Of a stretch of DNA of 64,000 nucleotides, positions 1 through 9,532 are shown piece after piece. The DNA comes from a virus. The notes beneath the pieces were generated by a model. The model made no database searches, was not told the origin of the DNA, and saw only the letters and a list, made by a program, of their open reading frames with translations. Numbering within the stretch: the first letter of the stretch is position 1; every line of letters begins with the position of its first letter. Location of the stretch: the IMG/VR virus record IMGVR_UViG_3300045988_105861, positions 24,536-88,535 of that record; one strand, 5' to 3'. The translations under genes were made by a program, and so were the position numbers.

Positions 1-8
1 CCAATCCG

Positions 9-2339
9 GTGTTTAGTAATCCGGATTTGGTTAGTCAATACATTGGGTCTTATGTAGAAAGATACGATAGACACATAGGAGCATTGGAAGCAAAAAAGAA
101 ATCAGTAGGGGATAATAAGGCTATTATTGATCGTATTGACAGTCAGATACAGGAAGCTAAAAATCAGAAAGCAGAAGCCAAGAGGGAGGCAGATATGATA
201 ATAGCTTCATCAGATCCGGTAGCGGCTGCTAATTTTGTTGTTACCAATAATCTTTTCGATAAGATGACTGATGCATGGAGATACGACAATACAAGTTTTG
301 AAAGGAAGAAAGATGATCTTTATTTTGCAAGGTTGGCAGAGGATAGGGCTCAGCAAAAGTTTTTGACTGATAATGCTAAGTCTATGGTTGAAATATCGTT
401 GGCAAAAGAGCAACTTGCTCAGGCTAAGATTGAAACCGAATACATGCGTACTTACGGTTCCAAGATGGGTACTGAAAGCTCATCCGGAGGCACAAGAGGA
501 GCAGGCGGTGTAGGAGTGCCGATGGCTCCTATGGACGGGCCTACGGCTATCAATTCCGGAACGGGTAAGATTGGGTCTATTAATTTGGCTAATATCCCTT
601 ATGAACAACTCACATCCTCTTCCACGGAGCGTAGAGCAAATTTATTGAAATTATATAATTCATTATCTCCTACAGATAGAAGCAATATCATTGCAGCATC
701 ATACGAAGAAGAAAAGTCTGATCCTGGTTTGTATGCTAATATGACTCCTGAAGAACGGATATATTTTTATTTAAAAAATAATGGAGGTCAGAAAAACGGA
801 TATTTCGGACAAGGCAATAACAGATTATCTGAAGCTTATGATGCTTTACTTCTTTCTGATTCTAAGGCAAATGGAGCCACAAAAGCTATAAATGACATAA
901 CTGATTATCAAATAGATAATATAGTTACTGAAAAAAATAAGGATATTATCAGGAAAGTTCGTAATGCTAAGCTTATGAAAGGAAATTCTTTTATAAATCT
1001 TACCGATACAGATGATAAGGCTGGAGCTTTCCTGCTCGCTACAGCTATAACAACTGGTGTATCTGATGCCGTAGGGTTTAGAGAGTACATGATGGACCCT
1101 TCAAGAGGCATAGATATTCTTAGTGCTATATCTCCGTCATTAGGAGCTAAGGCGAGTGCCGGCAAGTTAGGGAAAAACATATCTGATGCTATTACAAGCG
1201 AGAATAATGGTTCTTCTACTGGTACGTTGGCTCTTATTAATGGAATGAAGAAACTGAATGGCGATCCTGATTTTAATATATCTGATTATATGACCATAGA
1301 TAAGGACGGTGATATAGATCTAAAAGATTATCAGGAAGGGGAGCCATTGACTATTACCCAGCTAAGATATGCTGAGAAAAATAGTAGGGTATCTGATATG
1401 ATAGCGGGTCAGATGCAGGATGAGATAAAAATGTCTGTATCTCCTGATCAGATTTCTGATAAGTTATCTCAGCATCATTACCTTGATTCTTACAAAAGAT
1501 ACAATTGGAATGCCGATTCACCGGAAAAGTCTTTGCAGAAGGCTCAGTTTAGAAGATTGTCTGGTTACATGGCAGGAAAGGTAAACAATCTGGATCCTAC
1601 TGCTATTAATACCATCAATATGGACGCCGAGATAGATAATGGCACTGTCAGAAGATTTTTGACTGCTCAAGTAGGGTCTGGTAAAAACTCTTATGTTACA
1701 GAAAGGGTTGAGATTACGAATGATGAACTTCTTAAGGCAGGTATAGATCCTTCGGTCGAGGAGCGTAATTATCCGGTGGATGGTTACAAATCAAGTCTTG
1801 GAACCTGTGATTTTGTAGATACCGGAAAGAAGGAAGGTTATTCTTATGATAAGTATCTTATACGTAATGGCCTTCCCCGTTTGGCTTCTAAGGCTGATGT
1901 TAAGAATGATCTTTATGATATAGTAAAGGTTCATGGTTCTTACCTTAAGCCAGAAGAAATGAATGTTGTTAAAACCCTTGTTGATAATTTTATTGACATG
2001 TCTGATAACATATCAGTTCAGTTGGAAGGAATGGATGATAGGGGTTCGAGAGAAGTAGCGGTCAATTTCTATGACAAAAGGACTAAAAATTCTAAAAATC
2101 CTGCATTGTTGTTCTCGGATTTTGTTCCTTTGGATCCAGGTAATGATGAGTATGCGGATTACTGGAATAACATTCACCAGAAGTGTCCTCAGTACTTCTT
2201 TGTAAAATACGTGAAGGAGGCTGTTCAAGAACGTCTTGATCAGATGAGAGATCCGTATATGAGAGGAATAAATATCACGCCCAACATGAATGATAAGTTT
2301 AGTAAGTTGAACGATTTTTTGCAGAAAATTTATGGCTGA
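9..2339 (+). CDS. Large protein (776 aa within window), function unknown. The frame is open to the window edge and starts on GTG, so it is probably 5'-partial. Candidate virion or ejected protein.
   Basis: Long uninterrupted ORF. Its TGA overlaps the ATG of the next giant gene (ATGGCTGA at 2332-2339). No catalytic motif recognised. Confidence 0.6.
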   Translation: MFSNPDLVSQYIGSYVERYDRHIGALEAKKKSVGDNKAIIDRIDSQIQEAKNQKAEAKREADMIIASSDPVAAANFVVTNNLFDKMTDAWRYDNTSFERKKDDLYFARLAEDRAQQKFLTDNAKSMVEISLAKEQLAQAKIETEYMRTYGSKMGTESSSGGTRGAGGVGVPMAPMDGPTAINSGTGKIGSINLANIPYEQLTSSSTERRANLLKLYNSLSPTDRSNIIAASYEEEKSDPGLYANMTPEERIYFYLKNNGGQKNGYFGQGNNRLSEAYDALLLSDSKANGATKAINDITDYQIDNIVTEKNKDIIRKVRNAKLMKGNSFINLTDTDDKAGAFLLATAITTGVSDAVGFREYMMDPSRGIDILSAISPSLGAKASAGKLGKNISDAITSENNGSSTGTLALINGMKKLNGDPDFNISDYMTIDKDGDIDLKDYQEGEPLTITQLRYAEKNSRVSDMIAGQMQDEIKMSVSPDQISDKLSQHHYLDSYKRYNWNADSPEKSLQKAQFRRLSGYMAGKVNNLDPTAINTINMDAEIDNGTVRRFLTAQVGSGKNSYVTERVEITNDELLKAGIDPSVEERNYPVDGYKSSLGTCDFVDTGKKEGYSYDKYLIRNGLPRLASKADVKNDLYDIVKVHGSYLKPEEMNVVKTLVDNFIDMSDNISVQLEGMDDRGSREVAVNFYDKRTKNSKNPALLFSDFVPLDPGNDEYADYWNNIHQKCPQYFFVKYVKEAVQERLDQMRDPYMRGINITPNMNDKFSKLNDFLQKIYG

Positions 2340-5300
2340 CAATAATATAGATAGATATAATCCTGCTGCTAAAACCACTTACGAAGATGTGGCAAGGCAA
2401 AGGAAATTAGCCGAAGAAGAGAATTACACTCCGGCTACATTACCAGAGACGACAACGCCTCTGGTTCCTAATTATATGCCTGGTGAAGGTGTGTATGCCC
2501 AACCTAAATTTCCGGATTACGCATCAAGGATAGCTGCTGCCGAATACGAAGAACCGTATATAGCCAAGGAGATAAGCAACAGCTACTCAGAGGCACTGGC
2601 TCGTAACAGCTACAGGGGGGCTACACCTGCCCCGCTGCCTCTTAATCCCTATGGACCGAAGGTAAGTATCCGTGAAAGTCATCAGATGGGTAATGATGGG
2701 GTATGGCGTACAAAATATCCCAACTATATTCCGGGTATAAACAATGAGGATTATTATGCCAGAAGACAGAGTGGATGGAGTAAGTTTTGGAATGGTGTAG
2801 GTAAATTCGCTTTAAAGTCTGCATTGTACGGTGCACAAGGAGTTGTGTCATTGCCTGACAAACTTATCAATATGGCATCTGAGGGAAGTTACAAAGCTGC
2901 GTTAAACACCAACATGGATAAGTTTGTAGGTGATCTTGACCAGCAAATAGATATGCTTCTTCCCCATTATTACAGGAAAGAGGTAGAAGATTATAATTTC
3001 GGTCAGAAGCTTTTTAAGGATACCGGTAATTTCTTATGGAGTGACGTCCTTGGTAATGGAATGTCTTTTACTGTAGGAGCCATGATATCAGCGTACATGA
3101 CCGGAGGACTGGGAGTTGGTTCATTAGGTAATATAGGCGCCAAATTAGGCGGAAGAATCGGAGCTAAGTTAGCAGCAAGGCAAGCTGCCAATAGGGGCAT
3201 AGGAAGCCTTAAAAGTGTGTTTAATGACTATGTAAGAAAAGGAGTTGCTACCGGAAGAAATGTAGGGGAGGCGGCTAAGACCATGACGCTGTTGGCTACC
3301 AGTGCCGGATTCGAATCATCGGTTGAGGCAAATTCTTTTATGAAGCAATCCGAGTCTGATTTCAAGGATTATTATCGTAAGATTTATGGTCGTGATCCTA
3401 ATGCAGAGGAAATGGCTGTTTTTCGTAATTCTAATGCTGATGTAGGTAGTGCGATATTTGCTGCCAATATGGGTATAGTAGGATTATCTAACTGGCTTCT
3501 TTTTGGCAAGTATATAGGTTTAGGAGGCAAGGCTATACCAGGGTTGGAAAAGAAGCTCAACAAGCATTTATTTGGATTAGGGACGGAAGTTGCGAAGCCG
3601 GGAGAGATGGCTATTAAAATAACTAATCCCAATATAGGGCAGAAGATAGCTGGTAATGTTTTCAATATCATGAAAAGACCTGTGTCCGAAGGCTTATGGG
3701 AAGAAGGGTCTCAAGGTGCTGTACAGAATACGGCTGAAGAATATGTTAAGTCAAGATATGACAATGTGGCTATGAACGGAGCCGTCGATGTTCTTGATGC
3801 TATTTCTGAAGGATTTAAAAAGCAATATACATCTAAAGAAGGGTGGACTGAAATAGGAATCGGTGCTATTATCGGTTCTTTGTTCGGTATGAGGGAAGGC
3901 TTCTTTGGAGTGAAAGAGTATAGTAATAGTCGGATATTGCTGGAAAGGCAAGTAAATGAATATAACAAAGCATCTTCTAATCTTAATACGGCGGCTTTGA
4001 ATACGTTGAAAAAGTCAATGAGTTTAGGGCCTCAAGTTCGTTCCGATGCTCAGTCTATGACCGGCAAGGAGCTTGATGATGCTATGTTTGAAAAGATGTC
4101 TATTGACAACCAAATGGGAACCTTAGAGGATTCGGCTGAAAATTTCAGGCAGATGATTGATATGATGCCTATTTCAGAAATAGCCGAAGCTAACGGAATG
4201 TCTTTGGAAGAGGCAAAGAAATACAAGGATTCTATTATTGATAATTACAACAATCGTCTTTCTGATTTCAGATCTACCCAGAGTTTTGCCGAAGATCTTA
4301 TAGGTGATGACTCTAAGATCGAATTTAGAAAATACGTAGCTCGTAATGCCTTCCTTGGCCTTCAATCAGAATCAAGGATGAAAGACATAGCTTCTGTCAT
4401 AGAAACGCTTTCGGGGCAGCCTCGCGTGGCGGATGCGCTAAGTACGTTTTCCCGGCTGTCGGGCAGGGCGAGGGAGCGGGCTATGGCTATTCGTGGCATA
4501 CGGTCAAGAATAGAAGAACTTGAATCCGAAATAGAAGATCTTGCCACCCGTCCTCGTAACGTAGATGGAAAAGACCCACAAGCTGAGTCCATACAACGAA
4601 AAACCAAAGAATTGGAAGATCTTAGAACCAATTACAATAATTCGTTGTCTGAGTTATCAACGTTAATAGGAAAAGAGTTTTCGATAGAAGAGTTGGTAAG
4701 TAAAACCGGATCTGTTTTATCATCTCCTCTTTCTCCCATAAGTTCACAAGATGTAATAGAAGCCTATGATACTCTTGTGGCTTTTGATGATTATTTTAAT
4801 GTAAAATCAAGACAGGAAAAGAAGTTTACAGCCAAAGACAAAGCCATGAGATCCTTGGTAAATGAATACCGTAGGAGTTTGATGGACTATAGGAATATGA
4901 ATAATTTCTTGTCTAAGATGCTTGATAAAAGATTCTTAGCTGAGGAAAACAGGGGATTTTCAAAAGCGCTGTCTTCTCTATGGTCTACTCCTTATAAGGG
5001 GGATGACAAGGTTCCTGATTTTGCAGAGCCTAATAAAGTCGGTGAATATGACACTGATGAGGTAGTAGATCAAGCTGTGTCAGAAGGTAAGATTTCGGAA
5101 GACGAAGCTTGGACTATTAAAGCATTTATGCATGCTCTTGATAAAGTAAGAGAAGATAGGATGAAGGAAGCGGAAGATAATATAAAAGAGTCACCGCTTA
5201 CGGAGTCTGTATCAGATGAAGATTATGAGGCTGCTATGGATAATCCTATTATGGTTCCGGTAGTAAGGCAGTCTATAATTGATAAATTATATACAGGGAA

Positions 5301-8300
5301 TGCTGATCTTCTTACTGCGAGAGAAAAAGATGTGTATGATAAATACAAACAAGATTTTGATGATTATGTGTCGTCTTTAGGTGACAGCCCTATTAATCTC
5401 ATAAAATCATTATCTGAAAAGGCTGACAGACTTACAAGTCCGAGATCAGTATATGAGGAAAATAAAGCTATTATTGATATGGCTAAATCCAATTTAGAAC
5501 CAGATCAAAGGAAGGAACTTGATGATGCTATTTCTTCGTATGTGGATATAATGAACAGACGGGATAAAGGGGAGAAAGTTGATGAAGATAAGCTTGCTGA
5601 TTCGGTATTTACCATAGAAGATCTTGGTCAGGCTGGAAACATCACGGATCTCCTTCCTTATATCGAACAAAACAGGATTATTGACAAAGGTCGTATTTCT
5701 GAATCTACATTGAGTAATTTTGGGGAAGATGATACTAATATAGATTCTCTTGTAAATGAGTTAGATGAATCCGATAATACGCCAGGAGCCAATATAGATA
5801 GCGCCCAGAATCCAGAGACGTTGATGGTGAGAAGAATCTCCAATGACGGCAATGAAAGGTATGAAATTGCAGGTCTTAGAGCCGATAAATTTATGTCTTC
5901 AATAAAATCATTGGTTCCTATTCAAATAAGTTCTGAAACGAACGCTAATGGGGCTAAAAGGTATTTCCTTAACATAGGTGGAGAAACAGCTACCGTGATA
6001 GAACTTCCTTATCATGCGAGATGGTCTATAGACAAAGAATCGGCTCGTATTCTCAACCGTTACACAGATGTGTCTATTCAGGACGTGGGTAATTCATATT
6101 CTTTGGTTTATAAGCGTCTTGATTCAGACGAATTGGTTCCGTACAGAACAGGTGTTGGATTCGGAGAGAATGAAGTAGATAAAATAGATCAGGAAGCATT
6201 ATCTTCTTTGAAGAAAGGAGATAAGGTTAATCTTGAGATAGATGCAAATGATACCTATAATCAGTCTCTTTTTGCCGAATACAATGATGCTGTTCAGTCC
6301 GGTGATAAAAAAAGAATAGAATCTGCTGAAAATAAGCTGGTATCCAATATGGTTATCAAGGTCATGAGTGGAAACAGATTCGTTTCTGTTGTTAAAGCTG
6401 ACACGGGTGGCATAGATGGTATAAGTAAAATAAGAAGAACGGCTTTTAACAAGTGGAAGAAGGATGCCGGCCGGTCGGCCACCATCAACGTCGGCACGCA
6501 TGTTGTTGCCCAGACCCTTCCTGGAAGACCGGTGTTTAACATGAGAGTAAACGGTCAAGGATATGGTCAGGTAGAAAATCTCCCTATTACCGAAAAAGGA
6601 GCTGAAAAAGTATCTGATGTGGGGTATGTCTTAAATGGCAAAGTCGTGCTTAAGAACGGCTCTAAATACACAGGCTTCCCATTTGCTTATTCTATATTAA
6701 ATGACAAGGGGAATAATTACAAAAATGTAAGAGTTCCGGTAGTTGTCATCAAAGGCAAAAACGGTCTTAATTATCTTTTCCCGGTTAGTCTACGTTCTGT
6801 GGAATCAGAGGAAGGAAAGAAATGGATTTCTTTTATAGATATGCTGCTTGAATCCGGTGACTCTGAATTGTTACAGATGGGTCAAGATGACATACAAGAT
6901 CTTAATGCGTATCTAACCAAGTTAGGTCTTGATCCAGCTTCGTATCAAGTATCGTATTTGAATCCTATTTCAGGTCTTAGAAAAGCTCGTGAGGCTATAG
7001 AAAAATTATCTACAGTTCCTGATGTTGTTAAGTGGGTAGAAGATGAAAGTAGGAGTGTGAAAGACATTGTGACGTCTGAAGTAGAATCTGGAATAGATTT
7101 CGAAGGTGAGATGTTTGTTGCTCCTAAGATCAGGATTCAGTTTGGTAAATCATCTTCCAGACCTAAATCACTTATAGAAGATGATCTCCCTTTCTCCGAT
7201 GAGGGTAAGACCGTTACTTCCAAGGAAGATGTGGATATTTACGAAGAGGAAATGCCAGAGGAAGACCCTGTCCGGGGGACTCGGCCGGCGCCATTAGCTC
7301 AGCCGGCTCCTGCGGCACAAGATGCGCAGTCTTTACCTGGCAAGAAGCGTACCTCCAGGAAAAACTTCTCTCTTATGTTAAACGAAATAGAATCTCATAT
7401 AGAAAAAGAGGGATTGCCGCCTTATGCTAATATTTTTGATTTTATAGCAAGGAAGATTGTAGGAGGTGATTTGAGGTTTCTTCGTGAGAGAGGTAATCCT
7501 AAAAGCCTTAAGGAGGAAATGGGATTAGAACCTAAAGGAACAGTAGGTGATAAAATATCCACTCCTTCTAAAAAGGGAGGTAAGACCTTAGAAGAATATG
7601 TTTCTTGGCTTTGTTCTCAAACGGATCAGGTGGTGGTTGATTATGTTGGTCCAAGATCTGACGAACAAATTATATCAGAGTTGAAAAACTTTTTGAAATA
7701 TATTAATTTTGTTCCAAGCAAGGCTTTGAATTATTCTCTTAGAGTCAATGGCATGGATACCCTAAAAGAATATGGCACAAAAGAGGAAGTAGAAAAAATG
7801 GAATCTGATATCAATAGTTTGGTTTCTAAAGTTTTGCCTACGGTGGACAACCAAACTATAGAAGATGTTTCTACTGTAATAAAATCAAACAACTTGCCCG
7901 CCATATGGGGGCCCGTGGAAAGCCTTGATATGACAAACGAGGAAAAAATAGAGTTTTTGAATAACGTAGCAGATTTCCTTAGCGGCATACCAGAGTATGA
8001 TGCTGTCGTGGAGTCTATAGAGTCAGAATCAGATAATATTTTAAATGATGGAAAAGAAGGAAGTGCAGAAGGCGGTGCAGTACGCACTGAGGAAGATGGC
8101 GATAAAAAGGGAGATGGAGAAGTCGAAGGACAATCCGGAACAAATGTCGAAGTTAAAGGAAATGTCGAATTACCTGGATCTCAAGAAGGAAGAGTAGATA
8201 ACTATAGGAAGAACGGAGATAAGTTTTCTGACATTTCTGAAGTTACCTTATGGTTACTTAGAAGGGCTGCCGGCATAACCTCTATCCCGGAAGGAGAAGA

Positions 8301-8973
8301 GGTTTATGTAGAGGGAGATGAGGTTAATAGTATTATGACCGATATGGAATCAAGGTATGGTATAGACACCATCAATCACTCGCATACGACTAAGGCTATA
8401 AGGGATCTTAACGGCGTATCAGGTTATAAAGTAGAATACGGCTTAACCTTTTTAACATACGATCCTTTTATTAGAATATCCAATCCAAGGAAAGAATCTA
8501 AGGCCGAGAAAGACGAACCTCGTATATCCGAAGAACCGCTTACTCACATATCAAGGGTAACAACCCCTTATTTCCTGTACGGCGGTGATGAAGCATATAC
8601 ATCTGTTCCGGCTAAGGTAGAACCTATACCGGAGAAGATAATGGGTCGTAATGGCATTAAATTTGGTATGAGTGTAGTCGAGTTAACCAAATTAGGGTAC
8701 AAAAAAGCTGGTGGAAACTGGATATATAAATTCTATATGAACTCAGGTGTGTATGATTTGTATAATATCAGTACCGGTGAAGCGTTTAGGGCAAAACCGG
8801 ATCTTGGAGTTAAGATAAGTTCCAGTGCATTCATCCGCTCTTTATCTCAATCTGGTAGAAAAATACAAAATATGATGAGTAATATGAGCCAGGAAGAGAT
8901 AGATAGGAATAAGAATCTCGTAGAAGGTTCTGATAATTCGGATTCGATAAATGAGTTAAATAAGGAGTGTTAA
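2332..8973 (+). CDS. Giant protein (2213 aa), function unknown. Candidate virion-associated or ejected protein.
   Basis: 6.6-kb ORF. Gly-rich N-terminal segment (GGLGVGSLGNIGAKLGGRIGAKL), coiled-coil-like stretches, Pro/Ala linker (RPAPLAQPAPAAQ) encoded by a GC-rich patch at ~7260-7330. Confidence 0.75.
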   Translation: MADNNIDRYNPAAKTTYEDVARQRKLAEEENYTPATLPETTTPLVPNYMPGEGVYAQPKFPDYASRIAAAEYEEPYIAKEISNSYSEALARNSYRGATPAPLPLNPYGPKVSIRESHQMGNDGVWRTKYPNYIPGINNEDYYARRQSGWSKFWNGVGKFALKSALYGAQGVVSLPDKLINMASEGSYKAALNTNMDKFVGDLDQQIDMLLPHYYRKEVEDYNFGQKLFKDTGNFLWSDVLGNGMSFTVGAMISAYMTGGLGVGSLGNIGAKLGGRIGAKLAARQAANRGIGSLKSVFNDYVRKGVATGRNVGEAAKTMTLLATSAGFESSVEANSFMKQSESDFKDYYRKIYGRDPNAEEMAVFRNSNADVGSAIFAANMGIVGLSNWLLFGKYIGLGGKAIPGLEKKLNKHLFGLGTEVAKPGEMAIKITNPNIGQKIAGNVFNIMKRPVSEGLWEEGSQGAVQNTAEEYVKSRYDNVAMNGAVDVLDAISEGFKKQYTSKEGWTEIGIGAIIGSLFGMREGFFGVKEYSNSRILLERQVNEYNKASSNLNTAALNTLKKSMSLGPQVRSDAQSMTGKELDDAMFEKMSIDNQMGTLEDSAENFRQMIDMMPISEIAEANGMSLEEAKKYKDSIIDNYNNRLSDFRSTQSFAEDLIGDDSKIEFRKYVARNAFLGLQSESRMKDIASVIETLSGQPRVADALSTFSRLSGRARERAMAIRGIRSRIEELESEIEDLATRPRNVDGKDPQAESIQRKTKELEDLRTNYNNSLSELSTLIGKEFSIEELVSKTGSVLSSPLSPISSQDVIEAYDTLVAFDDYFNVKSRQEKKFTAKDKAMRSLVNEYRRSLMDYRNMNNFLSKMLDKRFLAEENRGFSKALSSLWSTPYKGDDKVPDFAEPNKVGEYDTDEVVDQAVSEGKISEDEAWTIKAFMHALDKVREDRMKEAEDNIKESPLTESVSDEDYEAAMDNPIMVPVVRQSIIDKLYTGNADLLTAREKDVYDKYKQDFDDYVSSLGDSPINLIKSLSEKADRLTSPRSVYEENKAIIDMAKSNLEPDQRKELDDAISSYVDIMNRRDKGEKVDEDKLADSVFTIEDLGQAGNITDLLPYIEQNRIIDKGRISESTLSNFGEDDTNIDSLVNELDESDNTPGANIDSAQNPETLMVRRISNDGNERYEIAGLRADKFMSSIKSLVPIQISSETNANGAKRYFLNIGGETATVIELPYHARWSIDKESARILNRYTDVSIQDVGNSYSLVYKRLDSDELVPYRTGVGFGENEVDKIDQEALSSLKKGDKVNLEIDANDTYNQSLFAEYNDAVQSGDKKRIESAENKLVSNMVIKVMSGNRFVSVVKADTGGIDGISKIRRTAFNKWKKDAGRSATINVGTHVVAQTLPGRPVFNMRVNGQGYGQVENLPITEKGAEKVSDVGYVLNGKVVLKNGSKYTGFPFAYSILNDKGNNYKNVRVPVVVIKGKNGLNYLFPVSLRSVESEEGKKWISFIDMLLESGDSELLQMGQDDIQDLNAYLTKLGLDPASYQVSYLNPISGLRKAREAIEKLSTVPDVVKWVEDESRSVKDIVTSEVESGIDFEGEMFVAPKIRIQFGKSSSRPKSLIEDDLPFSDEGKTVTSKEDVDIYEEEMPEEDPVRGTRPAPLAQPAPAAQDAQSLPGKKRTSRKNFSLMLNEIESHIEKEGLPPYANIFDFIARKIVGGDLRFLRERGNPKSLKEEMGLEPKGTVGDKISTPSKKGGKTLEEYVSWLCSQTDQVVVDYVGPRSDEQIISELKNFLKYINFVPSKALNYSLRVNGMDTLKEYGTKEEVEKMESDINSLVSKVLPTVDNQTIEDVSTVIKSNNLPAIWGPVESLDMTNEEKIEFLNNVADFLSGIPEYDAVVESIESESDNILNDGKEGSAEGGAVRTEEDGDKKGDGEVEGQSGTNVEVKGNVELPGSQEGRVDNYRKNGDKFSDISEVTLWLLRRAAGITSIPEGEEVYVEGDEVNSIMTDMESRYGIDTINHSHTTKAIRDLNGVSGYKVEYGLTFLTYDPFIRISNPRKESKAEKDEPRISEEPLTHISRVTTPYFLYGGDEAYTSVPAKVEPIPEKIMGRNGIKFGMSVVELTKLGYKKAGGNWIYKFYMNSGVYDLYNISTGEAFRAKPDLGVKISSSAFIRSLSQSGRKIQNMMSNMSQEEIDRNKNLVEGSDNSDSINELNKEC

Positions 8974-8975
8974 GT

Positions 8976-9506
8976 ATGAGAAGGAGATTTTTTAATGCTG
9001 CGGATAATTTCGTGGGAGGATGTTATAATAAGTTATCCAATGAAGATATAAAAAGGCTTGGAGGAAAAAGACCTTATGTATGTCAGTTTAATAAAATTCA
9101 TATACATATAGGACCTGTATTAAAAGATCATGATTCTGATGTTAGTTACATAATGTTTAATAGTAATTGGAATTATGGTGGTTATGAATCTATGGTTTAT
9201 AATCATAGCAATAATGGTATTTTTATATTAGGTGAAAACAAAATTGGTAACATAGAAGATCATATACAAGATCTAACATATTGGTACGAATATGATCCAA
9301 GCATTAATGAAAATTATTGTTATTTTTATTATGAGGCTAATAACAGCGGAAATGCTATCAAGTTGAATGGTGAGTTTGGTGATACCAGTACTGTTTTCAA
9401 CATTCCCAGCTTGGAAGTCTCCACTCTTCGTGATGGCAGTTTGAGTTTTCCGGAGATTTATATAGAAGGAATTTGGGATCCGTCATTGTATAAGTCGGTT
9501 TTATAA
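8976..9506 (+). CDS. Small protein (177 aa) starting MRRRFF, coupled to the giant gene.
   Basis: ATG at 8976 lies 8 nt downstream of TAAGGAG (8961-8967). The giant gene's stop is at 8971-8973. Shares the MRRRF start with the genes at 23521 and 24146. Confidence 0.6.
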   Translation: MRRRFFNAADNFVGGCYNKLSNEDIKRLGGKRPYVCQFNKIHIHIGPVLKDHDSDVSYIMFNSNWNYGGYESMVYNHSNNGIFILGENKIGNIEDHIQDLTYWYEYDPSINENYCYFYYEANNSGNAIKLNGEFGDTSTVFNIPSLEVSTLRDGSLSFPEIYIEGIWDPSLYKSVL

Positions 9507-9507
9507 T

Positions 9508-9515
9508 TAACTTTG
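9508..9515 (+). promoter_or_regulatory. TAACTTTG: Bacteroidota-type -7 promoter motif (TAnnTTTG). Sits inside hairpin AATTAACTTT-GCAAAA-AAGTTAATT (9505-9529).
   Basis: Exact match to TAnnTTTG 18 nt upstream of the ATG at 9533. The perfect 10-bp inverted repeat overlaps it. Confidence 0.35.
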
Positions 9516-9532
9516 CAAAAAAGTTAATTATA

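Noticed and set aside
1309-1323. DKDGD in the 776-aa protein as a DxDGD multisubunit-RNAP catalytic motif (crAss-like virion RNAP).
   Set aside because: It is a single short match with no surrounding double-psi beta-barrel context that I can recognise. The other giant ORFs lack it. Insufficient evidence.
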